This document shows positions 18,337-26,224 of a stretch of DNA of 64,000 nucleotides, piece by piece. A program made the translations under genes and the position numbers. The stretch's first letter is position 1. Every line of letters starts with the position of its first letter. The notes beneath the pieces were generated by a model. It ran no database searches. It had not been told where the DNA came from and was given only the letters and a program-made list of their open reading frames with translations. The DNA comes from Bacteroidota bacterium (GTDB lineage: Bacteria > Bacteroidota > Ignavibacteria > UBA10030 > UBA6906). The stretch covers positions 10,429 through 74,428 of the forward strand of contig JBFLYO010000012.1 of NCBI GenBank assembly GCA_040756745.1, in the 5' to 3' direction.

Positions 18337-18365
18337 GTCAATTGTCCATCGTCAATTGTCAATTG
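18337..18365 (+). repeat. Three tandem copies of GTCAATTG(TC) immediately upstream of tRNA-Arg
   Basis: GTCAATTGTCcatcGTCAATTGTCAATTG. Each unit contains the CAATTG palindrome, and the array ends 3 nt before the mature tRNA 5' end. Confidence 0.7.
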
Positions 18366-18368
18366 CAC

Positions 18369-18443
18369 GCCCTCGTAGCTCAGTATGGATAGAGCGACGG
18401 TTTCCTAAACCGCAGGTCGGCAGTTCGACTCTGCCCGAGGGCA
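18369..18443 (+). tRNA. tRNA-Arg (anticodon CCT)
   Basis: Cloverleaf by manual folding: acceptor GCCCTCG/CGAGGGC, D-stem GCTC/GAGC, anticodon loop TTCCTAA (U33, CCT, A37), T-loop TTCGACT, discriminator A. CCA is not encoded. Confidence 0.85.
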
Positions 18444-18447
18444 CACA

Positions 18448-18545
18448 GAATTTCGAAATGCGGATTGCGGATTGCGGAATTGGTTTTGCATGACGCATAA
18501 GTGAGATTCACCTAAGGTAGGCTGGAAGGCCCGAGGCGAGGGGCC
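18448..18545 (+). repeat. Copy A of a duplicated ~95-bp element beginning with a heptamer array (GAATTTCG AAATGCG GATTGCG GATTGCG GAATTGG)
   Basis: About 75% identity to copy B, with shared blocks TGCGGATTGCGGAAT, GGTGAGATT and GGCCCGA. Confidence 0.7.
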
Positions 18546-18598
18546 GCCCGACCTGTCCACCGTAGCTCGCTCCTCAGAGCGAAGGGGGAGGGCACTCA

Positions 18599-18690
18599 GG
18601 AATTCGGAATGCGAATTGCGGATTGCGGAATAGGCTTTGAATGATGCATTGGTGAGATTGTCCTGAGCGAGGCCCGAAGGGCCGAGTGCA
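18599..18690 (+). repeat. Copy B of the duplicated element (GAATTCG GAATGCG AATTGCG GATTGCG GAATAGG …)
   Basis: Direct repeat of 18448-18545 with the same heptamer array and downstream conserved blocks. Confidence 0.7.
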
Positions 18691-18775
18691 CAAATGGCGC
18701 CCGCAAAATCTGGCGGATGCAAGCCGTGACGAACACGCTCCCAGGTCGTTCGAAGCAAGCCACGAAAGTTTTCGC

Positions 18776-18804
18776 TTGACTTTTGTGACCGTTTGCTGTA
18801 CTCT
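18776..18804 (+). promoter_or_regulatory. Sigma70-like promoter (TTGACT, 17 nt spacer, TACTCT)
   Basis: Sequence match only. It would give a long (~290 nt) 5' leader for the gene at 19100, or a separate small RNA. Confidence 0.4.
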
Positions 18805-18846
18805 GTCCCACCTTTTTTCCCGTTCTTTGAATATCGCTTCGCGACA

Positions 18847-18878
18847 GATACTCCCTCACTCGTAAAGTGGGGAGTATC
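18847..18878 (+). promoter_or_regulatory. Stem-loop GATACTCCC-(14 nt)-GGGAGTATC within the putative leader
   Basis: Perfect 9-bp inverted repeat downstream of the candidate promoter. Confidence 0.4.
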
Positions 18879-19099
18879 AGTAGCAATTGGAGGTCAGTGA
18901 AACCTGTATCCCTCTGCTCTGACCGCTCGCCCCTTGCTCAGCGCCCCCCTCGCGCCTTTATTGCCTTTCGATCCTGCTTATACACCCATAAGAATTTCTC
19001 CCTGCGCCCGGATACTCACTCTCTGGGGTATAATCGCAGCTGCTTTGTAAACCGATTTTCCACTCAATTCACCATCACACTCATCGTTAGGAGCATCGC

Positions 19100-19831
19100 A
19101 TGAAACGTTCCCTTGGTATGATTGTCCTCGCTGGCTTTCTTTCCTGCACGCTGCTCCAGGCGCAGGAAAAATCCACGCTCAGCACGTACCGGGTCTTCCC
19201 AAAGCCGGGGAAGGATTCGGCATTGAGGAAGGCGATCGCAGACCATGTGGCAAGATTCCATACGGGAAGCTGGAAGTGGCGCGCCTTCAGAGTGCTCTCA
19301 GGGGCTGACGAAGGGTCCTACCAGTTAAACGAAGGGCTGAACTCCTGGACTGAGCTTGAAGGTCGGAAGGATATCAGTGACGAGCACACGCGCGACTATG
19401 AGACGAATGTCCTCCCCCTGACTGAGAAGGCGACCCCAAATGCGTATTTTCTCTTCCGGAGGGAGTTCAGTAGCGATTCAGTAGGGAATACATTCAAGAA
19501 AGCGCTTCTCCGACATTTCTATCCAAGGCCGGGCCGCGGCGTCAGGCTCATGGAAACGCTCGGGACCTGGAAAAAAGTGTGGGAGAAACTGGGCATGAAG
19601 GTGACGGTCTGGTCAAGCTTTTTCTCGGGAGAACCGCAGTGGGTTGTCGCTGCCAGGCTGCCGAAAGGGTTCGTCGACCTCGAGCAGCCCATGGGGAAAG
19701 CTATGGCTGACACCTACGAAGCAGTGGCGGGTCCTGGGGCGTACGGCCGATTCCTGGACGACCTCAACATGAACGTCGCCAGGATCGACGAAGAAATCAT
19801 TGAGTGGGTGCCGGAGCTGAGTTCCAAATAA
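19100..19831 (+). CDS. Hypothetical secreted protein (signal peptide)
   Basis: N-terminal signal peptide (MKRSLGMIVLAGFLSCTLLQAQE) and an RBS AGGAG 8 nt upstream. No recognisable domain. Confidence 0.6.
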   Translation: MKRSLGMIVLAGFLSCTLLQAQEKSTLSTYRVFPKPGKDSALRKAIADHVARFHTGSWKWRAFRVLSGADEGSYQLNEGLNSWTELEGRKDISDEHTRDYETNVLPLTEKATPNAYFLFRREFSSDSVGNTFKKALLRHFYPRPGRGVRLMETLGTWKKVWEKLGMKVTVWSSFFSGEPQWVVAARLPKGFVDLEQPMGKAMADTYEAVAGPGAYGRFLDDLNMNVARIDEEIIEWVPELSSK

Positions 19832-19861
19832 CAGTTGATGTAATCGGCAAGTTTCTTAGCG

Positions 19862-19893
19862 AATCCGCATCCCGGTCCGCCGGGATGCGGATT
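19862..19893. terminator. Bidirectional hairpin terminator between convergent genes
   Basis: 14-bp perfect stem AATCCGCATCCCGG / CCGGGATGCGGATT with loop TCCG, lying between the 19100..19831 (+) gene and mlaD (-). Confidence 0.55.
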
Positions 19894-19954
19894 GTGCTTC
19901 TGGACCTGCCATGCACTTACGAAGCGTGCAGGTCCTCTCCGATCACGATCTGCT

Positions 19955-20866
19955 CTAGAAGAGGCTTATCCTTACGTACCGTTCCGGATTCGTGCGGAGA
20001 TCGTGGATAAGCGCTTCAAGCGTTACGGCAAGGCTGTCAACGTCGTTATACAGCTTCTCCTCGTGCACGAGCTTCCCCAACGTTCCCTCTCCCTTTCTGA
20101 TCTTGCCGAGCACGAGGTTGAGCGATTCTGTCGTATACTCCAGTCGCTCAGAAACCCTGTCCAGCTTCTGGGCGACGCTCCGGAAGGTGGTAATCCCTGT
20201 GTCGAGGTTCCCGCGCTGCGTGAGGGCAAGCGTGTCCAGTGTCCGCGCAAAGCGCGCGAGGTCGTGAGAGAACACCGAAAAATCAGTGAAGGCGCGGTCT
20301 GCGCTGAGTCCGCCCGATTGCACGACCTGATTGAGCCGCGCCGCGGACCGGGCCAGGTCTTGCACAATCTCCTGAATCCGCCTCCTCGTTGCCTCGTCGA
20401 ATGTCGTATTCACATTCTCAAGAATTCCCAGAACATTGGACGAGATCGGTGCGAGCGTCGCTGTCAATTCCGAAAGGGCGGCCTCATACGAGCCTGTCAA
20501 TGTATCACCGTTGCGGAGCAGGAGGGAGTCGGCTCCCGGCGTGATCTCAATGAATTTTCCCCCCATAATGGTCTCACTCTTGAGCACGGCCCGCGAATCG
20601 CGAGGGATATGGACATTCGTTTGAATCGAAAGGTCGACGGCGATGCGGCGCCCCGCCAGCGACATCCCCTCTACCCGGCCGATGGCCAGCCCCGAGACCG
20701 TGACGATGTCACCGTCCTTGAGGCCGTTCACGTTGTCGTAGAAAACGGTGAGCGCGTATTGTTTTGAACGCAGGTCGATCCCCCGCAGGTAGATCACGCC
20801 CACGACAAAGATGATGGCTGCGGCAAACACAGCGATCCCAATTCGTGCCTCATTGCTCAGTTTCAT
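19955..20866 (-). CDS. mlaD: MCE-family outer-membrane lipid asymmetry protein MlaD
   Basis: N-terminal TM helix followed by an MCE domain (…TVFYDNVNGLKDGDIVTVSGLAIGRVEGMSL…) and a long C-terminal helical region. It lies downstream of mlaF and mlaE. Confidence 0.85.
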   Translation of the reverse strand: MKLSNEARIGIAVFAAAIIFVVGVIYLRGIDLRSKQYALTVFYDNVNGLKDGDIVTVSGLAIGRVEGMSLAGRRIAVDLSIQTNVHIPRDSRAVLKSETIMGGKFIEITPGADSLLLRNGDTLTGSYEAALSELTATLAPISSNVLGILENVNTTFDEATRRRIQEIVQDLARSAARLNQVVQSGGLSADRAFTDFSVFSHDLARFARTLDTLALTQRGNLDTGITTFRSVAQKLDRVSERLEYTTESLNLVLGKIRKGEGTLGKLVHEEKLYNDVDSLAVTLEALIHDLRTNPERYVRISLF

Positions 20867-21612
20867 GGGGGATTCACCCTTCCGGCTGAGAGGGAACTGT
20901 TGATGTACTTCCGGACATCCTCGTCCCTGCTTGACTCAATCTCCTTTCGGGTGCCACTGATCAGGACGACACCTTCGTCGAGCACCACGAATCGGTCGCC
21001 GACCACAAAAGCGCTGTGGATGTCATGCGTGACGACGATCGATGTCACCCCGAGCTTCGCGCGGAGCTCGTTGATCAGGAGATTGATCCCGTCCGCCGTT
21101 TCCATGTCGAGCCCGGTCGTCGGTTCATCGTACAGGATATATCGTGGATTGGGGGCGATAGCGCGGGCCAACCCAACGCGTTTCTTCATGCCGCCGCTCA
21201 GACTGGCCGGGAGCTCCCGTTCGACCCCTTCCAGCCCAACCATCGAGAGTGCGAAGGTCACGCGCTCGTCAAGCTCGTGCTCCGTGTATTTCGCCCGGCG
21301 GCGGAGGGCGAGGGCAATGTTGTCCCGGACGGTCAGGGAGTCAAACAGGGCAGCTCCCTGGAACAGGAACCCGAAGTTTGACCGGACCCGCTGCAACTGC
21401 CGGTAATCCATCGTGACAACATCATGCCCGTCAATGACAATGGAGCCGTCATCCGGGCGGAGGAGTCCAACGATCAGCTTGAGGAGGATGCTCTTTCCGC
21501 CTCCACTCTTGCCGAGGACGACAAGCGTCTCTCCGCTTAAAACGTCGAAGCTCACACCCCGAAGTACCAGGTGCTCGCCAAACCGTTTCCAGATGTCGCG
21601 TACAGCGATCAT
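20863..21612 (-). CDS. mlaF: ABC transporter ATP-binding protein MlaF
   Basis: Walker A (GKSGGGKS), ABC signature (LSGGMKKRVGLARA) and Walker B (ILYDEPTTGLD). Confidence 0.9.
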   Translation of the reverse strand: MIAVRDIWKRFGEHLVLRGVSFDVLSGETLVVLGKSGGGKSILLKLIVGLLRPDDGSIVIDGHDVVTMDYRQLQRVRSNFGFLFQGAALFDSLTVRDNIALALRRRAKYTEHELDERVTFALSMVGLEGVERELPASLSGGMKKRVGLARAIAPNPRYILYDEPTTGLDMETADGINLLINELRAKLGVTSIVVTHDIHSAFVVGDRFVVLDEGVVLISGTRKEIESSRDEDVRKYINSSLSAGRVNPP

Positions 21613-22461
21613 TCAGAGAAGCACCGACGCAAGGACAAAGTCGAGGACAACGACGGTCAGGCACGTTAGCACCACCGTGCTCATAGTGGCCTTGCCGACC
21701 CCGGCGGAGCCTCCTTGCACAACGTAGCCCTGGTAGCACGCAATCGAGGTGATCGCGTAGCCGAATATCGTGGCTTTGATCAGGCCGAACACGGCGTCCC
21801 AGGTGGCGAAGGCATCCTTCAAGCCGGTTACGAACGCCACGCCCGGGACGTGGGCAACGACCGAGGCGCCAAAGAGACCTCCAATCACAGCGACAAGATC
21901 GCCGAACACCACCAGGACGGGAAACATGACAACGCCGGACAGGACTCTGGGAGTGACAAGAAAAGCAATTGAATCATAGCCCATGGCTTCCAGCGCATCG
22001 ATCTGCTCCGTGACCCGCATGGTGCCGAGTTCGGCCGTGATGGTAGCGCCGACCTTCCCGGCGAGCACGAGGGCGGTCAGCAACGGAGTCAGCTCCAGGA
22101 GGACCGATTTGATCACCAGGCCGCCAACCACCGTACGCGGGATCCAATCGTACAGCTGGTACGCCGACTGCACGGCCGTGACCATGCCGACAAACGTCGA
22201 GACGAATACCACGATGGGAATGGAGTCGTTGCCGATCTGGACCATCTGAGGGAGGATATTCCTTGCGTATTCTCTCCCGTATCGCAAGGTGCGGAGGACC
22301 CACCAGACGAGGCCTGCGTAGCTGCCCAGATGTTCGAACGACGCAAGCGCAACGCGGCCGATGTGGGCGAAAAATGGGGGTTGGCGCTTCGAGGAAGGGG
22401 ACTCGCTCTGTGCGGCGATTTCCATCGGGGCTGGTAACTTCAGGGAATTGGACGGGTACAC
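21613..22461 (-). CDS. mlaE: ABC transporter permease MlaE
   Basis: MlaE/Ttg2B-like polytopic permease in operon context with mlaF and mlaD. Confidence 0.8.
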   Translation of the reverse strand: MYPSNSLKLPAPMEIAAQSESPSSKRQPPFFAHIGRVALASFEHLGSYAGLVWWVLRTLRYGREYARNILPQMVQIGNDSIPIVVFVSTFVGMVTAVQSAYQLYDWIPRTVVGGLVIKSVLLELTPLLTALVLAGKVGATITAELGTMRVTEQIDALEAMGYDSIAFLVTPRVLSGVVMFPVLVVFGDLVAVIGGLFGASVVAHVPGVAFVTGLKDAFATWDAVFGLIKATIFGYAITSIACYQGYVVQGGSAGVGKATMSTVVLTCLTVVVLDFVLASVLL

Positions 22462-22538
22462 CCGCGAGCGACCGTTCAGCTGGGTGCAATATTCAAAACG
22501 CTCCCGTGAGAATCAACCCCTGCATGAACGAAGGGAAG

Positions 22539-22919
22539 TTACTGCGGTCCCGAAATCTGCACCTTGATCCACTCGGCCTCACCGCCATCGCTGCGGGCGT
22601 TGTTGACATACTTCACTTCGATAGTGCGGCCGATGGAACAATCGGCGAACGTCCCAATCTGGTTGGGTTGCTTGATCCCACTCTTGTCCAGCCAGATTAT
22701 GGTGCGGGGGGTCACCTTGATCTCTATGCTGTCGGCGCCGTATGTGCAGGTGACCATTTTCGCTGGAACGTTGACCGACGTGACCTTCCCGAGCGTGGTG
22801 AATTTTCCTGAGAGCCCGGGAGAATGTCCGATGGGAATGTACATCTCGGTCATTTTCTGAGCGGACACCGAGCCGGCGATAAACAACAGCGTACTCACCA
22901 CGACGATCGCACGATTCAT
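22539..22919 (-). CDS. Hypothetical small secreted protein (126 aa)
   Basis: Signal peptide (MNRAIVVVSTLLFIAGSVSAQ) followed by a predicted β-rich domain. Confidence 0.5.
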   Translation of the reverse strand: MNRAIVVVSTLLFIAGSVSAQKMTEMYIPIGHSPGLSGKFTTLGKVTSVNVPAKMVTCTYGADSIEIKVTPRTIIWLDKSGIKQPNQIGTFADCSIGRTIEVKYVNNARSDGGEAEWIKVQISGPQ

Positions 22920-22940
22920 GACAATCCTCCTCCTTATTCT

Positions 22941-24302
22941 CTATGGCTCGATCATGTCAGAGCGGGCCTGATTGGCTTCATCCAATGCTTTCTTGATCAG
23001 ATCCTTGTCATGCCCATGCTCAAGGGCAGCAAGCACTATTTGTGTTGCCTTCAGTAGCGATTGCACGGCATTCGGGTGCAGCCTTCCCTCGGAGAGCACC
23101 CGGACACCGGTTTGCAGTTGACTGACGGCTGTCCGGAGCAGCTCTTTCGCTTGTTCCTTTGTGCGAACTTTGTCCGAAATACTTGCTTTCAGTGCATCGG
23201 TTGCAAGACGGACGGACTCCAGTGCGTTCAGGACCCGCAGGAATGCCGCGATCTCCACGATTTGAGTCCCGTCGAGCTCGATTCCTGCCCCTTCCGGATC
23301 GATGTTCCTGAGGAACCGGCCGGCGGGCGAGTTGTTGAACGATTCGCCGTCATAGAAGGCAACAGCCCCCTCAATGGTTTCGATGGCATTGTTGTGAAAG
23401 AATGGGCCGGTGGAGGCGGCTTCAACAAGCGGGGGGACGTTGAACGTGCTATCGCCCGGCCGGCCAAACCCGTCATCGGTAGGGACGTTCTCCGGCGTGA
23501 GCCGCGCGGGCTGATCAGGCAGGGCTTCAACGCCGGTGTTGAAATTTGCATTCCCCAGGCTGTTGCCTCCAAAGAGCGCTGTTGGTCCCGCATTGACATG
23601 GCAAAGGTTGCACTTGCCGACCGTGCTGTCCATGAACAGTTCCTGGCCGCGCCGGGCGATCGTTCCCTTCAGTCGGAGCGGAAGCGTAAGCTCGCTCTGT
23701 CTGCCAAGGGAGAGCTGAAACGCCTCCAGGGCATCCAGTTCATCGTCGGTGGGAAGGCGGAAATCGACTCCCGGGATCCTGTTGAGCGTTTTGGTGAAGT
23801 GCTGTATGACGGCACCAGTGGCAAATGAGCGGAGCGAGCCATCGCCCGGCGATCCGTCCCCCGACCATCCCGTGCGTGGTCCCTTCGGGCTCGCCACCGA
23901 AGTGCTCAGGCTGACCGTGTGCGGTATGCCGCGCATGACGAACTCGTTCGCCAGATCGTCGAACCCATCCAGGTTTTCGAGGATCAGGCCGAATTCACGC
24001 ATGAGCCGCGGATTCTCAAAATTCTCCTTCAGGGCAGGGTTGAACTCTGCGACGAAGAGCGGATTGTCCCTCGGAAGTGAGCCGATAAAGGTGGCATCGA
24101 GCGTGAAGTTGTTTTCTGCAGGATGGCACGTACCGCAGGTGCGACCGTTTCCGTTGAATGTTTCAGTGAAGAAGATATCCCTCCCCTTTTCGATGAGGGC
24201 ATCGCGAGGATCGACGGGGGGAGGAGGGGGGGTATGACAGGAGGGGAATGATGCCAGGAGCAATGCCATCAGGAATGCAAATGCGTACGTCGACCGTCCC
24301 AT
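22941..24302 (-). CDS. Di-heme cytochrome c peroxidase family protein (CCP/MauG-like)
   Basis: Signal peptide plus two CxxCH heme-binding motifs (CGTCH and CNLCH) in a CCP-like arrangement. Confidence 0.75.
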   Translation of the reverse strand: MGRSTYAFAFLMALLLASFPSCHTPPPPPVDPRDALIEKGRDIFFTETFNGNGRTCGTCHPAENNFTLDATFIGSLPRDNPLFVAEFNPALKENFENPRLMREFGLILENLDGFDDLANEFVMRGIPHTVSLSTSVASPKGPRTGWSGDGSPGDGSLRSFATGAVIQHFTKTLNRIPGVDFRLPTDDELDALEAFQLSLGRQSELTLPLRLKGTIARRGQELFMDSTVGKCNLCHVNAGPTALFGGNSLGNANFNTGVEALPDQPARLTPENVPTDDGFGRPGDSTFNVPPLVEAASTGPFFHNNAIETIEGAVAFYDGESFNNSPAGRFLRNIDPEGAGIELDGTQIVEIAAFLRVLNALESVRLATDALKASISDKVRTKEQAKELLRTAVSQLQTGVRVLSEGRLHPNAVQSLLKATQIVLAALEHGHDKDLIKKALDEANQARSDMIEP

Positions 24303-24532
24303 GGTATGCCTCCTTTTTCGAATCGAAGCAAAGGCAGTGGATCAGAGAAGAATCTCGACGAGATCGCCTGGCAAAGAACAGGAAGTTCCGCGACGTGAGG
24401 CGGTGCGATGCCATGAATATACGTAGCCCCGCGGCCGATTTCAAGTTGCCCCCCTCTAATGTGGATTCTGTGCGGTTTCTTTGCTATCTTTGCAGGTTAA
24501 AACCTCGACACCAAGCCCCCAGATATGTTCCA

Positions 24533-26224
24533 ATGCGTTTAAGCAAAGGGTTCATCCCGACCGTGAAGGAAACGCCGGCCGACGCCGTCATCCCCAGCCA
24601 TCAGCTTATGATCAGAGCGGGAATGATCCGGGCTCTCGCTGCGGGGGTGTATACATTTCTCCCTCTTGGCCATCGCGTGATGATGAAGGTTGCTCAGATC
24701 GTGCGAGAGGAAATGGACGCAATCGGGGGCCAGGAGTTCCACCTTCCCGCCCTGAGTCCTGTGGAACTGTGGCAGGAGACCGGCCGGGTGGAGGCGTTCG
24801 GCGATACCCTCTTTCACCTGAAAAACCGCCCCCTTGTGCTCGCCCCGACGCACGAGGAGGTAATTTGCTGGCTTGCGAAGAATCATATCTCTTCGTATAA
24901 GGACATGCCGCAGATCTGGTACCAGATCCAGACGAAGTTCCGAAACGAGCCCCGTCCACGGTCCGGCGTTCTTCGCGGCAGGCAGTTCCTGATGAAGGAC
25001 AGCTACAGTCTTGACCGCTCCATGGAGGCACTCGATGTCTCATACGACCTCCACGCCAAGGCATATAGAAAGATCTTTGCCCGCTGTGGACTCAGGTTCT
25101 TCGTTGTGGGAGCGTCAAGCGGGACGATGGGAGGCACCGGCTCACAGGAGTTCATGATGGAGTCGGATGCCGGCGAAGATGTGATCGCGCTATCGGAAGA
25201 CGGGACATACGCGGCAAACGTAGAGGTGGCCACGTCCCGCGTTCCTGCTGTCGGACGAGTCGCACACACTAAGCCGGTTGAGGAAATCCATACCCCCAGC
25301 GTGAGGACAATCGACGAGCTTGCGCAATTCCTGAAGGTGGACGAGCAACGCCTCGCGAAGTCTGTGGTGTACTGGGGAGGTGATAAGCCTCTCCTCGTGC
25401 TGATGGCGGGGAACGATGAACTCAATGAATCGAAGCTGCTGGCCGCCATCGGTGGCAATGTCCGCCCCATGGAGGCGGAAAGATTGATGGCACTGACGGG
25501 GGCGGATGGAGGATCTATCGGCCCGATCGGCTTAAGGGGATTCACGATTCTTGCAGACAAGCGGCTTGAGGGGGCCAACGGGCTGATCAGCGGCGCCAAC
25601 AGGAACGACTATCACCTGGCCAACATCGATCTTGCGCGTGACTGTTCAATCGACGGGTACCATGACCTGCGCACCGTGCAAGCCGGCGAGGACGCTCCCT
25701 ATGGCGGCGGTAAGCTCAGGGTCGTAAAGGGGATAGAACTGGGACATATCTTTAAGCTGGGGACAAAGTATTCTGATGCGCTAAGGGCAAACTTCCTCGA
25801 CGAAAACGGGCGTGAAGCCCCTATCGTGATGGGGAGCTACGGTATCGGGATCGAGAGGATTGTTGCCTGCCACATCGAGCAGAACCACGACGCGAACGGC
25901 ATCTTCTGGGACAAGACCATTGCGCCGTTTCACGTCCACCTGGTGGCCGTGACGGCACGAAGCAAGGAAGTCGTGGAAACCGCCGATGCACTGTACCGCG
26001 AGTTGCAGTCCGCCGGTCTTGAAGTGCTGTATGACGACCGCGTCGAAATCAGTCCGGGAGTCAAGTTTAAGGATGCGGACCTCCTCGGTATGCCCTATCA
26101 GGTCATTGTGGGCGAGAAGAACCTTGCGAACGGAAAGATCGAAATCAAGACGAGGAAAACCGGTGAGCGGACGCTTGTGGACAGGACGGGTCTTGTGGCC
26201 TCTGTCAGTTCGCTGCTTGCATGA
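24533..26224 (+). CDS. proS: Proline--tRNA ligase (archaeal/eukaryotic-like short form)
   Basis: N-terminus MRLSKGFIPTVKETPADAVIPSHQLMIRAGMIR and class II aaRS motifs. Start set at the ATG at 24533; the track's upstream extension lacks homology. Confidence 0.9.
   Translation: MRLSKGFIPTVKETPADAVIPSHQLMIRAGMIRALAAGVYTFLPLGHRVMMKVAQIVREEMDAIGGQEFHLPALSPVELWQETGRVEAFGDTLFHLKNRPLVLAPTHEEVICWLAKNHISSYKDMPQIWYQIQTKFRNEPRPRSGVLRGRQFLMKDSYSLDRSMEALDVSYDLHAKAYRKIFARCGLRFFVVGASSGTMGGTGSQEFMMESDAGEDVIALSEDGTYAANVEVATSRVPAVGRVAHTKPVEEIHTPSVRTIDELAQFLKVDEQRLAKSVVYWGGDKPLLVLMAGNDELNESKLLAAIGGNVRPMEAERLMALTGADGGSIGPIGLRGFTILADKRLEGANGLISGANRNDYHLANIDLARDCSIDGYHDLRTVQAGEDAPYGGGKLRVVKGIELGHIFKLGTKYSDALRANFLDENGREAPIVMGSYGIGIERIVACHIEQNHDANGIFWDKTIAPFHVHLVAVTARSKEVVETADALYRELQSAGLEVLYDDRVEISPGVKFKDADLLGMPYQVIVGEKNLANGKIEIKTRKTGERTLVDRTGLVASVSSLLA

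Noticed and set aside
18244-19100. Possible integrated mobile element at tRNA-Arg
   Set aside because: No integrase, excisionase, transposase or phage gene is present. There is no direct repeat of the tRNA 3' end. Only short repeat modules remain, so at most an ancient remnant; this is reported as a finding about the repeats instead.
19892-20767. 291-aa plus-strand ORF
   Set aside because: It is entirely antisense to the well-supported mlaD (MCE domain) and has no motifs. This is a typical high-GC antisense artefact.
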